A DNA stretch of 64,000 bases from Spirochaetaceae bacterium (GTDB lineage Bacteria > Spirochaetota > Spirochaetia > Treponematales > Treponemataceae). Position 1 is the stretch's first letter; the number at the start of each line of letters is the position of its first letter. The stretch is from contig JAFTEH010000044.1 of the NCBI GenBank assembly GCA_017453745.1, forward strand, positions 4,077-68,076, in the 5' to 3' direction. A program made the translations under genes and the position numbers. Of the stretch, positions 49,984 to 59,825 are shown one piece after another. The notes beneath the pieces are model-generated. The model ran no database searches. It saw only the letters and a list, made by a program, of their open reading frames with translations, and was not told where the DNA came from.

Positions 49984-50011
49984 ACTATATCAATATTTAA
50001 TCTTATGTCAA
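49984..50011 (-). promoter_or_regulatory. Sigma70 promoter of the decarboxylase gene
   Basis: TTGACA-N16-TATAGT with an extended TG motif. Confidence 0.65.
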
Positions 50012-50091
50012 TAAGTTTTCGACATTTTTTTTTATTTTTTTTCTGATAGTCTTGTTCGCAACATACGCCCCTATAAAAATATCAAGCTATC

Positions 50092-50571
50092 TTAATACTG
50101 CTCTACTTCGTCAATAATATGGTCGAGGACTACCTGCGCTTTTTCAAACATTTCCACTGTGTCCGCACTATCTTTATACCGTTTTTCAGCAACAACACGC
50201 TTAATCCCACAGTTTATAATGAGCATTGCGCATGTGCGGCAGGGAGTCATCTTACAATAAAGCGTAGCCCCATCAAGACAAATACCGCGTCTTGCTGCCT
50301 GACAGATAGCACTTTGTTCAGCATGTACAGTTCTCACACAATGCTCGGTCACTCGCCCATCCTCATGGGTCATTTTTTTTATCTTATGCCCCACTTCATC
50401 GCAATGCGGTAAGCCAGAAGGAGCACCAACATAACCAGTAACTAAAATATGGTTATCTTTTACAATGACACAGCCTGAGCGCCCTCTATCACAGGTAGCC
50501 CGTTTAGCAACTGTGCGGCATATTTCCATAAAGTATTCATCCCAAGATAATCGCTTTTCAGTATGTTCCAT
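50092..50571 (-). CDS. dCMP deaminase (ComEB family)
   Basis: Motifs WDEYF, ATCDR, HAEQ and PCRTC. Confidence 0.92.
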   Translation of the reverse strand: MEHTEKRLSWDEYFMEICRTVAKRATCDRGRSGCVIVKDNHILVTGYVGAPSGLPHCDEVGHKIKKMTHEDGRVTEHCVRTVHAEQSAICQAARRGICLDGATLYCKMTPCRTCAMLIINCGIKRVVAEKRYKDSADTVEMFEKAQVVLDHIIDEVEQY

Positions 50572-50599
50572 ACTATTCTCCATGAGCTACACCAGTTTT

Positions 50600-52903
50600 T
50601 TAGTTTAACGAAGCTAAAATCGAGCGTATAGCACCAATATCCTTATAAGTAGGATTTTTTGCCACTATCTGTTCTAAAATCGTTTTTGCTTCTGCTTTTT
50701 GACCAGAACTGACATATAATTTTGCAAGTTCGTATTGTGCATCCCAATTATTCGGTTGACTTGAAACAACTTGAGTGTATACCGTTATAGCTTCTTGTTT
50801 TTGGTTATTTGCAACATAAGAAGCGGCTAAGTTTTGTTTTGCACTAATGTTTGCAGGTGCAGTGTTACAGGCCTTTGTAAAATGAAAAACCGCTTGCGGA
50901 TAATTTTTCATAACCGAATACAATTTACCAAGATTCGTATTAACCTCAAAGTTTGTGTTTTCAGCATTATAGGCAGATACTAAAACAGATTCTGCTTCCG
51001 TATAATTTCCCTGTTGTATGTATAATTGCCCAAGATTTACCTTCGGTTTTACATAGGTGGGGCTCAGTTGTATCGCTTCTTTATAATATGATATAGCATC
51101 ATTTGCTTTTGCATTGCGCTCAAGTGCTAAACCATAGGTGTACGCAAAACGCGCTTCGCCTGAATCTGCATTGTATGCTCGTTGTGCATTATTTAAAGCA
51201 AGCGTATTTTTACCGAGTTCTAATTGAACAGTAGCAAGGTTAAAATAGGTAACGGCATCTTTATCCCCACTGGCGATAGCTTCCATAAAATACTTTTCTG
51301 CATTTGCATTATTTCCGTTACTTGCATACAGTTGTGCTAATTCCTTTAGTGCAGTAGTGTTTCCAGATTCAGATGCTATAGCCCTTTGATAGTAGGTAAT
51401 AGCCGTTGAATAATTATTCAGTTTTTTTTCTATTCGTGCCAATTCCAAGAGCGCTTTTGCATGATTTGGATTGAGCGAAGCAACTTGGGTAAAAGCCTCT
51501 TTTGCTGCCACTTCGTTATTTAATTTACGCTCACTCAAGCCCAAATTATAGAGATTTCCCTGCTCATTGGGGCGTATGCGTGCGGCTGTCCTAAAAGACG
51601 AAGCGGCCTTTGCAAACTGTTGCTGCTTATAGTAAAGTTTACCGAGTTCACTATTATACTCATAGTTATCTTTATCGAGGGCAACTGCGCGCTCAAGATG
51701 CGAAATAGCCTCATTCAGTTCGCCCTTGAGATTATGTACCTGCGCTTTTGCATAATGAGCCCGAGCACTTGACGAATCAGCCGCTAATGCCTTATCAGCA
51801 TACTTTGTTGCTTCATTGAGTGCTTCTGCCTTTGTACCACTAGAATTGGTGCGTTCTGCAAGTTGAGCTAAAGCCCCTGCCATCGTTCCATACTGCTCAG
51901 CAGCAAAAGAAGGATCGGCACTCGGCATTTTATTATCCGCTTGGCTAAATTGAACCTTTGCATTGGCGATATTTCCAGAATCAGCCCAGCGTTTGCCAGC
52001 ATCAACGAGATTCTGTACTGTCTGTTTTTGCTTAGCAAGTTCGGCACTGTCTGGGCTCGTAGTACTTGTACTACTTGAAGTATTCGTTGCACTACCAGTA
52101 GTCAGTTTTGTCGCAGTGGAACTCGTTGCACTGCCTGATGAACCAGTGCTACTAGTCGTCGGTTTTGTCGTACCTGAACTTGTTGTGCCACTTGATGTAC
52201 CACTACTAGTTCCCGTAGCACTACCAGTTGAACTACTTGAATTCGTTGCTGTCGTCGTTCCTGTTGCTGTTTGAGTATTTGAGTTTGCATTTTGTTGCGC
52301 GAGAGCTTCGGCACGCGCCTTTTCTTCTGCTTGTTTTTTAGCGACTTCTTCTGCTTGGCGTCTTGCATTTTCTTCGGCTTGTTGTCTTGCAAGGGCTTCC
52401 TCACGCGCCTTTTGCTCGGCAGCAGCAAGTTCCGCTCTCTTTTTTGCTTCTTCCTCTTGCATTTGCTTTAATTGTGCCTCAAGGCTTTCTTGTTTTGCCT
52501 TTGCTTCTGCTGCCTGCTTTTCGGCAGCAAGTCGGGCTGCTTCATTTTCACGCCGCTGACGATCTATTTCTTGTTGCGTAGCAGCCGTAACGGTAGTTCC
52601 ACTTTGGTTCAGTTGCGCATTTTTTAAGCGTTCTTCTTCCATACGGCGCAATTCTTCATCGGCAGCCTTTTTACTTTCAATTTCGGCTTCAATGCGAGCC
52701 TTTTTCGCTTCAATTTCTGCTAATTCTGCCCTACTCGCTTCTATTGCAGCCAACTGCTCTGGTGAAAGCGTTACTTCAGTCGTTGTACTAACAATATCGG
52801 AGTCAGTCTTTTTACGCGAAAACATAAAAATTAAGCCCATAACTAATAATGCAAAAAGGGCTCCACCAAGGGCAACAATTAAATATCTAAAAAAACTATT
52901 CAA
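50600..52903 (-). CDS. Membrane-anchored TPR protein with a coiled coil and an S/T/G-rich linker
   Basis: N-terminal TM segment, EAKK-rich coil, low-complexity linker at about 52050-52290 and many TPR repeats. Confidence 0.88.
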   Translation of the reverse strand: MNSFFRYLIVALGGALFALLVMGLIFMFSRKKTDSDIVSTTTEVTLSPEQLAAIEASRAELAEIEAKKARIEAEIESKKAADEELRRMEEERLKNAQLNQSGTTVTAATQQEIDRQRRENEAARLAAEKQAAEAKAKQESLEAQLKQMQEEEAKKRAELAAAEQKAREEALARQQAEENARRQAEEVAKKQAEEKARAEALAQQNANSNTQTATGTTTATNSSSSTGSATGTSSGTSSGTTSSGTTKPTTSSTGSSGSATSSTATKLTTGSATNTSSSTSTTSPDSAELAKQKQTVQNLVDAGKRWADSGNIANAKVQFSQADNKMPSADPSFAAEQYGTMAGALAQLAERTNSSGTKAEALNEATKYADKALAADSSSARAHYAKAQVHNLKGELNEAISHLERAVALDKDNYEYNSELGKLYYKQQQFAKAASSFRTAARIRPNEQGNLYNLGLSERKLNNEVAAKEAFTQVASLNPNHAKALLELARIEKKLNNYSTAITYYQRAIASESGNTTALKELAQLYASNGNNANAEKYFMEAIASGDKDAVTYFNLATVQLELGKNTLALNNAQRAYNADSGEARFAYTYGLALERNAKANDAISYYKEAIQLSPTYVKPKVNLGQLYIQQGNYTEAESVLVSAYNAENTNFEVNTNLGKLYSVMKNYPQAVFHFTKACNTAPANISAKQNLAASYVANNQKQEAITVYTQVVSSQPNNWDAQYELAKLYVSSGQKAEAKTILEQIVAKNPTYKDIGAIRSILASLN

Positions 52904-53597
52904 GGTCTCCTTCCTCCTCTGTATAATCTATCGTATCTTCTGAGCCAGCAGAAAGCGTTTTAGCAGAATCAGATGTAGATAAATTATTATTTACTGCATC
53001 TAAAAGCGCTTTTTCTCGCTCCTCTCTAGCCTTTTCTTCTGCTTGTAATCGCAATATTTCAGCACGCTTGGCGTCTTGTTCACCTTGCAAAATACCAATC
53101 ATGCGCTCAATACTAGACCGTTGCGGGGTTGATGGCTCAAGCGAAAGATACTGCTTGTAACTTACGAGCGCTTCATCAAACTTTCCCGTTTTCATTTCGG
53201 CATTTGCCTTGTTCAAAAATGTCGGCGCATAAAAAGGATTTTCAGACACAGCAACTTGATATGTATCGACAGCCATTTCGTATGCACCTTGCATGTAATA
53301 GGCATTTCCCAAATTATAAGAATACAAATAAGTATCGGTTAGGTCAAGTTCTTTTCCTTTTTTTAGCCAAATTATAGCATCGCTATACTTTTGAAGTTGC
53401 ATACACGCAACCGAAAGATATAGATAGGCTTTAGTGTTGCCCTGTGGGTTTTGCACTTCAGAGAAAAAAAACGGCAAAGCCTTTTCAGCTTGATTATTTT
53501 TTAAGTAACCAACTCCTCGTTCCAAATCAGTTTGAGCAGGTACTAAAAAGAGAAAAAACACAGAGTAAACGAATACAAAAAAAATTTTTTTCATCAT
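52896..53597 (-). CDS. Exported TPR protein
   Basis: Signal peptide and TPR motifs (YNLGNAYY). Confidence 0.88.
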   Translation of the reverse strand: MMKKIFFVFVYSVFFLFLVPAQTDLERGVGYLKNNQAEKALPFFFSEVQNPQGNTKAYLYLSVACMQLQKYSDAIIWLKKGKELDLTDTYLYSYNLGNAYYMQGAYEMAVDTYQVAVSENPFYAPTFLNKANAEMKTGKFDEALVSYKQYLSLEPSTPQRSSIERMIGILQGEQDAKRAEILRLQAEEKAREEREKALLDAVNNNLSTSDSAKTLSAGSEDTIDYTEEEGDLE

Positions 53598-53626
53598 TTG
53601 ACATTACACCCCTAAGTTTATATTAT
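53598..53626 (+). promoter_or_regulatory. Sigma70 promoter predicting a leaderless mRNA
   Basis: TTGACA-N17-TATTAT, with the ATG (53634) following after a 7-nt gap. Confidence 0.7.
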
Positions 53627-53633
53627 ACTGACT

Positions 53634-54977
53634 ATGCTCATAGCAATCATTACAGCAGTCGCCTTAATAGCATTTATTTTGCTAATAATAGCAATATGCG
53701 TATATTTCCCCAAAACAAAAAAACTTGGCTCATTACAAAAATTGCTCAAAGCGAAAAAGTACAAACAACTTATAAAGCAATGCTCCTCCATTTTACAAAA
53801 AAATCCTGGCAACTGGCGCGTCCGCTATTTATTAGGCAAAGCCTACTTGGGCGAAAACCAACATAACCTTGCTTTGAGCGAACTAAATACCGTGAGTAAA
53901 ACAGCTGTCTTTGACAGTATAACATCTGAAATTGATTTTAGAAACATTTTATCTCATTTACTGTTCAAATTCCAGTATTATGACAAAGCATTTGAAGAGT
54001 TAGCACTCCTTGTAAAACTACAACCTACAAATGCAGATGTTTTCTATAAGATAGCCCATATTTTTGAAACTAATAATAATACTGAAAAAGCAAAGCGTTA
54101 CTATGAGCGCTGTATAGAATTAAACTCACAGCATAGTGAAGCCTATGCAGCATTGGGACTTTTGCGCTATAAAAATCACGAACTCGTAGAAGCAGAAAAG
54201 TTAATACATGAAGCAATACGCTTAGATGCCGAAAACGCTACGGTGCTTTACTATAGTGCTAAAATTGCGGCGTCAAAAAAAGAATATGGCTATGCGCTTT
54301 CCACCTTTGAAAAAGCCAGTAAAGATTCGTCCTTGCGTGCAAAATGCTACTTAGAAAAAGCACGCTGCTATTTTGAAGCAGGCGATACTGAAAAAACAAA
54401 ATATGAATGTGAGCGTTGTATTGATATAGCAAAAGAAAACGATTCCTGCCTTTTATATGCGCGCTACTTACTCGCTACTTGTTACGAAAAAGAACGACGC
54501 TTAGAAAAAGCACTAGAACAATGGTCGCTTATCGAAAAGGTAAATCCTCGTTTTAAAGATATAGCCCAAAAAATAGCAGATTACAGCGATATTGAGCAAC
54601 ATGATGGAATTAAGGAATACCTTACCAGTTCCCACCAACATTTTATAAAAATTGTTTCTCATGTTACCGACACAAAACTCAATCTTGATGTCATAAGTCA
54701 AAAGCAGATACCAGAAGGCGTTGTTATTATAGCAAAAACACGAGATACTAAACAATGGCTCAATGTAAGAACTCGAACATTTTGTCTATACTTTTATAGA
54801 ACCGATAATCTCATTAGCCTTCCAGATATGCAAAACATATATGAATATATAAAAGGTAAATCCATCGATCAAGCGTACATTTTTACACCTATTGGATACA
54901 CCAAAGAAGCAAAACAGTTTGCAGAAAATCGTCCATTTGAATTATACGATAAACGAAAAATGGAAACACTTTTTTAA
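53634..54977 (+). CDS. Membrane-anchored TPR protein with a C-terminal Mrr-like restriction-endonuclease-fold domain
   Basis: N-terminal TM segment and TPR repeats; the C-terminal AYIFTPIGYTKEAKQFAENRPFELYD resembles the Mrr_cat tail. Confidence 0.75.
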   Translation: MLIAIITAVALIAFILLIIAICVYFPKTKKLGSLQKLLKAKKYKQLIKQCSSILQKNPGNWRVRYLLGKAYLGENQHNLALSELNTVSKTAVFDSITSEIDFRNILSHLLFKFQYYDKAFEELALLVKLQPTNADVFYKIAHIFETNNNTEKAKRYYERCIELNSQHSEAYAALGLLRYKNHELVEAEKLIHEAIRLDAENATVLYYSAKIAASKKEYGYALSTFEKASKDSSLRAKCYLEKARCYFEAGDTEKTKYECERCIDIAKENDSCLLYARYLLATCYEKERRLEKALEQWSLIEKVNPRFKDIAQKIADYSDIEQHDGIKEYLTSSHQHFIKIVSHVTDTKLNLDVISQKQIPEGVVIIAKTRDTKQWLNVRTRTFCLYFYRTDNLISLPDMQNIYEYIKGKSIDQAYIFTPIGYTKEAKQFAENRPFELYDKRKMETLF

Positions 54978-55000
54978 TTTTTAGTACTAAGGAATCCGTC

Positions 55001-55564
55001 ATGAAAATACTCTGTATTGCAAATGAAATTGACCCCAAACTATATACCAAAGAAATACGGCTTGAGTTTAAAGATATTCAGTTTATACTTTCAAGCGGAA
55101 ACTTACCAATAGAATACTTAAACTTTATTTCTCAAGAACTCAAAAAACCGCTCTATTTTGTTGTTGCGAAACACGAATTACATAGTATCGAAAAGCCGAA
55201 CTCGTATTTACATCTATTGAATACGCCTATTCTCATACAGGGGCTTTGGATAGCAGGACTTTCTGGTGCAAAAAAAATAAATAATACCATAAGGCAACAT
55301 ACACCTATTGAGCAAAAAAGAAAAATAAATGCAATCGGAAGGCACCTTTTTTTCAAAAAAATGCTCGGTACAAAGTTAGATATACTGGTCAGCTGTAGTA
55401 AATCGACCGAAGATACGGCACCATTAACTCGCCTTATAAAAAAATATGAGCCAAGGATTTTTATCTATGGGCAAGGGCATTCGTATAACGAACAAGAACG
55501 AGTTTCGACCATCAAAAATACAAAACTCATAAATGTAAGTGGGCATTATATACTCGATATATAA
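55001..55564 (+). CDS. Metallophosphoesterase-fold protein (degenerate)
   Basis: Weak calcineurin-like pattern (ILSSGNL, LDILVS, IYGQGH). Confidence 0.65.
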   Translation: MKILCIANEIDPKLYTKEIRLEFKDIQFILSSGNLPIEYLNFISQELKKPLYFVVAKHELHSIEKPNSYLHLLNTPILIQGLWIAGLSGAKKINNTIRQHTPIEQKRKINAIGRHLFFKKMLGTKLDILVSCSKSTEDTAPLTRLIKKYEPRIFIYGQGHSYNEQERVSTIKNTKLINVSGHYILDI

Positions 55565-55694
55565 AGCGTACAATGCCCCCATGTGCAAGAAAGGAGTTCA
55601 TATCCCCTCCTATTGTTTTTGGTATGTGATAAAAAGCGCCCTTTTATATTACGCTCTGCGCCTCTTCCTGCCCTTTTTCCGTTGCACTACCAAC

Positions 55695-58052
55695 CTACTT
55701 TTTGTTTTTAAAAAACTCAACAAAGGGATTATAACTCATACCGTCATCATCTCGATTTCGCTTATGAGATGTACTTGACTTTACTAAAACAGCATCTTCT
55801 TGGCTTTGTTTTTTTGCTTTGACCACAACTCGTTTTTGCAAACCCTGTTTTTTTCCTTCTGCTTTTGTTTCTCCAGTAGGCTTAGGAGCCGATGCGCTAT
55901 TTGTTTTACGCGTAAGTGAAATACGCCTCCGTACTTCGTCCATTTCTATAATTCGACATTCAACAATATCGCCCACTCGTAGCAAATCCAATGGATTAGA
56001 AATAAAAGTATCGCTCATTTCAGAAATGTGTAAAAGCGCTGTTTCCTTTATTCCCAAGTCAATAAAAGCACCAAAATCAACAACATTTTTTACTTTTCCG
56101 CGCACTGTCATACCGCATTTTAAATCTTCAAAGTTTAAAACCCCCTGTTGCATAATCGGCTTAGGAAAATCATCACGGGGATCACGATTCGGCTTTTGCA
56201 ACTCTAAAATAATATCATCAATGGTTTGTTCGCCAACATTGTTAATTTCTTGAATATGTTTTTTTTCGGTCTCTGTTATTGATTTTCCAGAATGAATGAT
56301 TTCATATATTTTTTTCCCTGTATCATAGTTTTCTGGATGCACCCAAGTATTATCAAGTGGATTTGAACTTTCAGGTATTTTTAAAAAGCCAGCACATTGT
56401 TCAAATGTTTTTTCACCCATACCGCTCACCTTTTTTAACTGCTGCCTATCGGTAAAAATACCTTCTGTATCACGGAAATTTACAATCCGTTTTGCCAAGC
56501 TACCAGAAATACCTGATACATACTTTAACAGAGAAGCACTTGCTGTATTGACATTAACCCCTACATTATTTACCACCGAACTTACTACTTCGTCAAGGCT
56601 TTGTGAAAGCTTAGCCTGATTTAAATCATGCTGGTACAAACCTACACCAATAGACTTTGGGTCAATTTTTACTAATTCAGCAAGTGGGTCCTGAAGCCTT
56701 CGCCCAATCGAAATTGCCCCACGAATCGTAAGGTCTAAATCGGGAAACTCTTCACGCGCAACTTCCCCAGCCGAATACACAGAAGCCCCATCTTCGTCAA
56801 CTACGGCAAATTGTAACGAAGGACACGATTCTGAAATAACAGAAGCGACAAGCGCCTGTACTTCGTGGGAGCCTGTTCCATTACCAATAGCGAGTAACTG
56901 TACATTGTATTCGGAAATGGCGGCAACAAGTGCCTTTTTCGCTTCAGTTTCTTTATGTTGGTAAATAACAAATGAGCCAAGATACTTGCCATTTTCATCA
57001 AGGGCAGCACACTTTGTTCCTGTACGAATACCAGGATCCAAACCAAGCACGCGTGTCCTTTTAATAGGTGGACTCATCAAAAGCGGTTTTAAGTTTTGGC
57101 TGAAAATTGAAATACCATGGTCATCGGCTTGCTCACTTTCATCACGGCGGATTTCACGAATAACGGCAGGACACAAAAGCCTTATTGCACCATCTTCAAT
57201 GCTATTTTTATGGTAGGCATTATTCAACACTTCCTGCCGCTGTAGTAGTTCAACTGCGGCCTGCATATCTACATCAATCGTAACATCAAGAACACCTTCC
57301 CGTTCTCCACGATTAATTGCTAAAACTCGGTGTGGTTTTATCTCAACAAGTGGCTCAGCATAATCCCAATACATTTGGTATACAGAAGATTTCGCCGTTT
57401 CTTCATCACCTATCCCCTTAACAAGGATACGCCCTGTCGAAACAAATAAGTCATGAACCAATTTTCGATAATCAGAATTTTGCGATGTTTCTTCTGCAAT
57501 AATATCAGCGGCTCCTGCAAGCGCTTGTTCTATAGAACCCACTCGTAATTCATCAGGGCAATCAGCATTGTCTGGCGTTATAAAAAGCTTTGCCTTTTCG
57601 GTTAGTTGATCATCAGGGAGAAGTCTCATCGCTTCAGCAAGTTCAGATAAGCCTTTTTCAATGGCAATCATGCCACGCGTTTTTTTCTTTTTCTTAAAGG
57701 GTGCCCAAATATCTTCAAGTTCGGTGAGTGTTAAAGCTTTTTTACAATTTTCAAATAAGGCTTCGGTTAATTTTCCGGTAGCAAAAATCCCTTTTATAAC
57801 CTCTAAACGCCGTTCTTCTACATTTTTATAACTGGTATACAATTTATCGCAAGAGCGCACTTGTACTTCATCAAGTGAACCATGCATTTCTTTTCGGTAA
57901 CGAGCGATAAAGGGAATGGTAGCACCTTCGGAAAGGAGCGTAATAACAGCCTGAACTTGGCTCGGTAAAACCGTAAGGTCTTGTGATATTTTTTTGATAA
58001 TTTCATTTTCGTCAATATGTAACTGTGAAATAAGTTCTTCTGTAATTTGCAT
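55695..58052 (-). CDS. tex: Tex transcription accessory protein (S1 RNA-binding domain)
   Basis: Motifs ATIPFIARYRKE, GLDPGIRTG, ASVYSA, ISIGRRLQDPLAELVKIDPKSIGVG and a C-terminal S1 domain. Confidence 0.96.
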   Translation of the reverse strand: MQITEELISQLHIDENEIIKKISQDLTVLPSQVQAVITLLSEGATIPFIARYRKEMHGSLDEVQVRSCDKLYTSYKNVEERRLEVIKGIFATGKLTEALFENCKKALTLTELEDIWAPFKKKKKTRGMIAIEKGLSELAEAMRLLPDDQLTEKAKLFITPDNADCPDELRVGSIEQALAGAADIIAEETSQNSDYRKLVHDLFVSTGRILVKGIGDEETAKSSVYQMYWDYAEPLVEIKPHRVLAINRGEREGVLDVTIDVDMQAAVELLQRQEVLNNAYHKNSIEDGAIRLLCPAVIREIRRDESEQADDHGISIFSQNLKPLLMSPPIKRTRVLGLDPGIRTGTKCAALDENGKYLGSFVIYQHKETEAKKALVAAISEYNVQLLAIGNGTGSHEVQALVASVISESCPSLQFAVVDEDGASVYSAGEVAREEFPDLDLTIRGAISIGRRLQDPLAELVKIDPKSIGVGLYQHDLNQAKLSQSLDEVVSSVVNNVGVNVNTASASLLKYVSGISGSLAKRIVNFRDTEGIFTDRQQLKKVSGMGEKTFEQCAGFLKIPESSNPLDNTWVHPENYDTGKKIYEIIHSGKSITETEKKHIQEINNVGEQTIDDIILELQKPNRDPRDDFPKPIMQQGVLNFEDLKCGMTVRGKVKNVVDFGAFIDLGIKETALLHISEMSDTFISNPLDLLRVGDIVECRIIEMDEVRRRISLTRKTNSASAPKPTGETKAEGKKQGLQKRVVVKAKKQSQEDAVLVKSSTSHKRNRDDDGMSYNPFVEFFKNKK

Positions 58053-58058
58053 TGGCAC

Positions 58059-58086
58059 ATTATAAATATGATTAAAAAAAATGCAA
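58059..58086 (-). promoter_or_regulatory. Sigma70 promoter of tex (predicted leaderless)
   Basis: TTGCAT-N16-TATAAT; the expected +1 falls on ATG 58052. Confidence 0.6.
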
Positions 58087-58220
58087 GTAAAAAAAGCGTT
58101 TTTGGTTTTTTTTGAGTTTTGGGAACCTCTAAAAATGCATTGAAATGCTTCGCTACCCTGTCACCGCTTTGAGAGGAGCAACCGCAAAAATTGATTTTCC
58201 TGAGCATCGCAGGCCATAGA

Positions 58221-58248
58221 TTGACAAAATCATACATTTTAGTAAAAT
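58221..58248 (+). promoter_or_regulatory. Sigma70 promoter of coaD
   Basis: TTGACA-N16-TAAAAT. Confidence 0.6.
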
Positions 58249-58256
58249 CGGAGCCT

Positions 58257-58748
58257 ATGGGAATAGCGGTTTTTGCAGGCTCATTTGACCCACCATCACT
58301 TGGGCATTTGGATATTATTAAACGAGCTAGTCGTATTTTTTCACATTTACACATTGTCATTGCTATTAATTCCGAAAAAAAGAGTTTTTTTACACCTGAG
58401 GAGCGCAAAACAATGATGCAAGAAATCGTCAAAGACATATCAAATGTCACCGTTGTAACCTATAGTTCGCTCATTGTAGAATATGCTCGCAAGGTAGGAG
58501 CTGATACTCTCGTGCGCGGAATACGAAATGTCGATGATTTTTCCTATGAATTTGACCTTGCCCTTTTAAACAAAGGACTTGAAAAAAATATTGAAACAGT
58601 GTTTTTACCAACATCACCGCGATACTTTGTCATTCGCTCAAGTGCAATAAAAGAACTAGCAAAATATAATGGGGATTTGAGTAGTATGGTTCCTGATATT
58701 GTCGCTACCGCCTTAAAAGAAAAGCGAGCACAGCAAACGAAAACATAA
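58257..58748 (+). CDS. coaD: Pantetheine-phosphate adenylyltransferase
   Basis: Motifs GSFDP-x-x-x-GH, VRGIR and SSAIKE. Confidence 0.96.
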   Translation: MGIAVFAGSFDPPSLGHLDIIKRASRIFSHLHIVIAINSEKKSFFTPEERKTMMQEIVKDISNVTVVTYSSLIVEYARKVGADTLVRGIRNVDDFSYEFDLALLNKGLEKNIETVFLPTSPRYFVIRSSAIKELAKYNGDLSSMVPDIVATALKEKRAQQTKT

Positions 58749-58755
58749 AAGGCCC

Positions 58756-59808
58756 CTATACAAACTGTTCGCCTTCATCTTTGGGTATAATAATACGCCC
58801 TACCTGTTCTTCTTGTATCATTGTTTCAACAAAGCGTTTTTCAACTTCAAGCGCTTCGGCTGGGCGCGGAGCTTCCATATTTTTTTCATCATCAAGGATA
58901 AACAAGGCTTTATTGCGAGAGATATTTACAATTATTTTGCGCCGTATCTCTTGCGAGCGATTAAATAACAAAAACCGTATATCAGTATCTGAAAAATGTG
59001 TGAGAACATGCTGAACATCTTTGTCGCTCATTAACAGTATATCATCAAAGCTATACATTTGTTGCAGAATATCTTGAGCGAGTTCAGCATCTTCTTCGGA
59101 CAACCTATCGAGAATGTGTTTTTCAGTTTGAATAGACGAATTACGCAAAATATGCGCTAAAACAGACTTCCCGTCAAGTTTTGAAGTTTTTTGAAGGCTA
59201 AAAGCGACAATCTTCTTTCGTAAGGCATCACTCAAAGCCTGTACAATATCTGCATTCAGTTTTTGCATTTTAGCAAGATGCACGACAATGTCTTTTTTCT
59301 TTTCCTCATCCGATATACTACTGAGGTACTTTGCCGCCTGTTTCGGTGGAAGATACGAAACTACTATAGCACACGCAGAAGGAAGTTCATCCTGTAACAC
59401 AAGCGCCAACTCATCGGTCGCCATATCCTTTAAGTATGCAAACGGCTTGACCGGTATTTCTGGAACCGAACGAGCTAAAATTTCTTCAGCTTTTGTATCC
59501 CCGTAGGCTTGTTGCAGTATATCCTTTGCAACACCGAATCCCCCCATAGAAGACTTATGCTGCTCATACAAGGCACTAAACTCATCTAAAATAGCAAGTG
59601 CTTCGTCTTTATCGACACTCCGAATAGTAACAAGTTCAGCAATAACTTTTTCTACCTGTATATCATCAAGTTTTTGTAAGACTAAGGCCGCTTGTTTAGA
59701 GCCAATTAAAAATAAAAACTTGGCAACTCTTCGGTACTTTGAGTCACGCTCTACACCCGGAACTTTTACAAGCCCCTGTTTTTCTTTTATACTTTCAATA
59801 TCTGACAT
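58756..59808 (-). CDS. fliG: Flagellar motor switch protein FliG (stand-alone paralog)
   Basis: RRVAKFL, GGFGVAKDIL and PFAYL motifs, plus a FliG C-terminal domain. Confidence 0.88.
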   Translation of the reverse strand: MSDIESIKEKQGLVKVPGVERDSKYRRVAKFLFLIGSKQAALVLQKLDDIQVEKVIAELVTIRSVDKDEALAILDEFSALYEQHKSSMGGFGVAKDILQQAYGDTKAEEILARSVPEIPVKPFAYLKDMATDELALVLQDELPSACAIVVSYLPPKQAAKYLSSISDEEKKKDIVVHLAKMQKLNADIVQALSDALRKKIVAFSLQKTSKLDGKSVLAHILRNSSIQTEKHILDRLSEEDAELAQDILQQMYSFDDILLMSDKDVQHVLTHFSDTDIRFLLFNRSQEIRRKIIVNISRNKALFILDDEKNMEAPRPAEALEVEKRFVETMIQEEQVGRIIIPKDEGEQFV

Positions 59809-59825
59809 TACCGTTTAAAAATACA

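Noticed and set aside
52050-52290. Tandem DNA repeat in the TPR gene
   Set aside because: It is low-complexity Ser/Thr/Gly coding sequence with no exact periodic unit.
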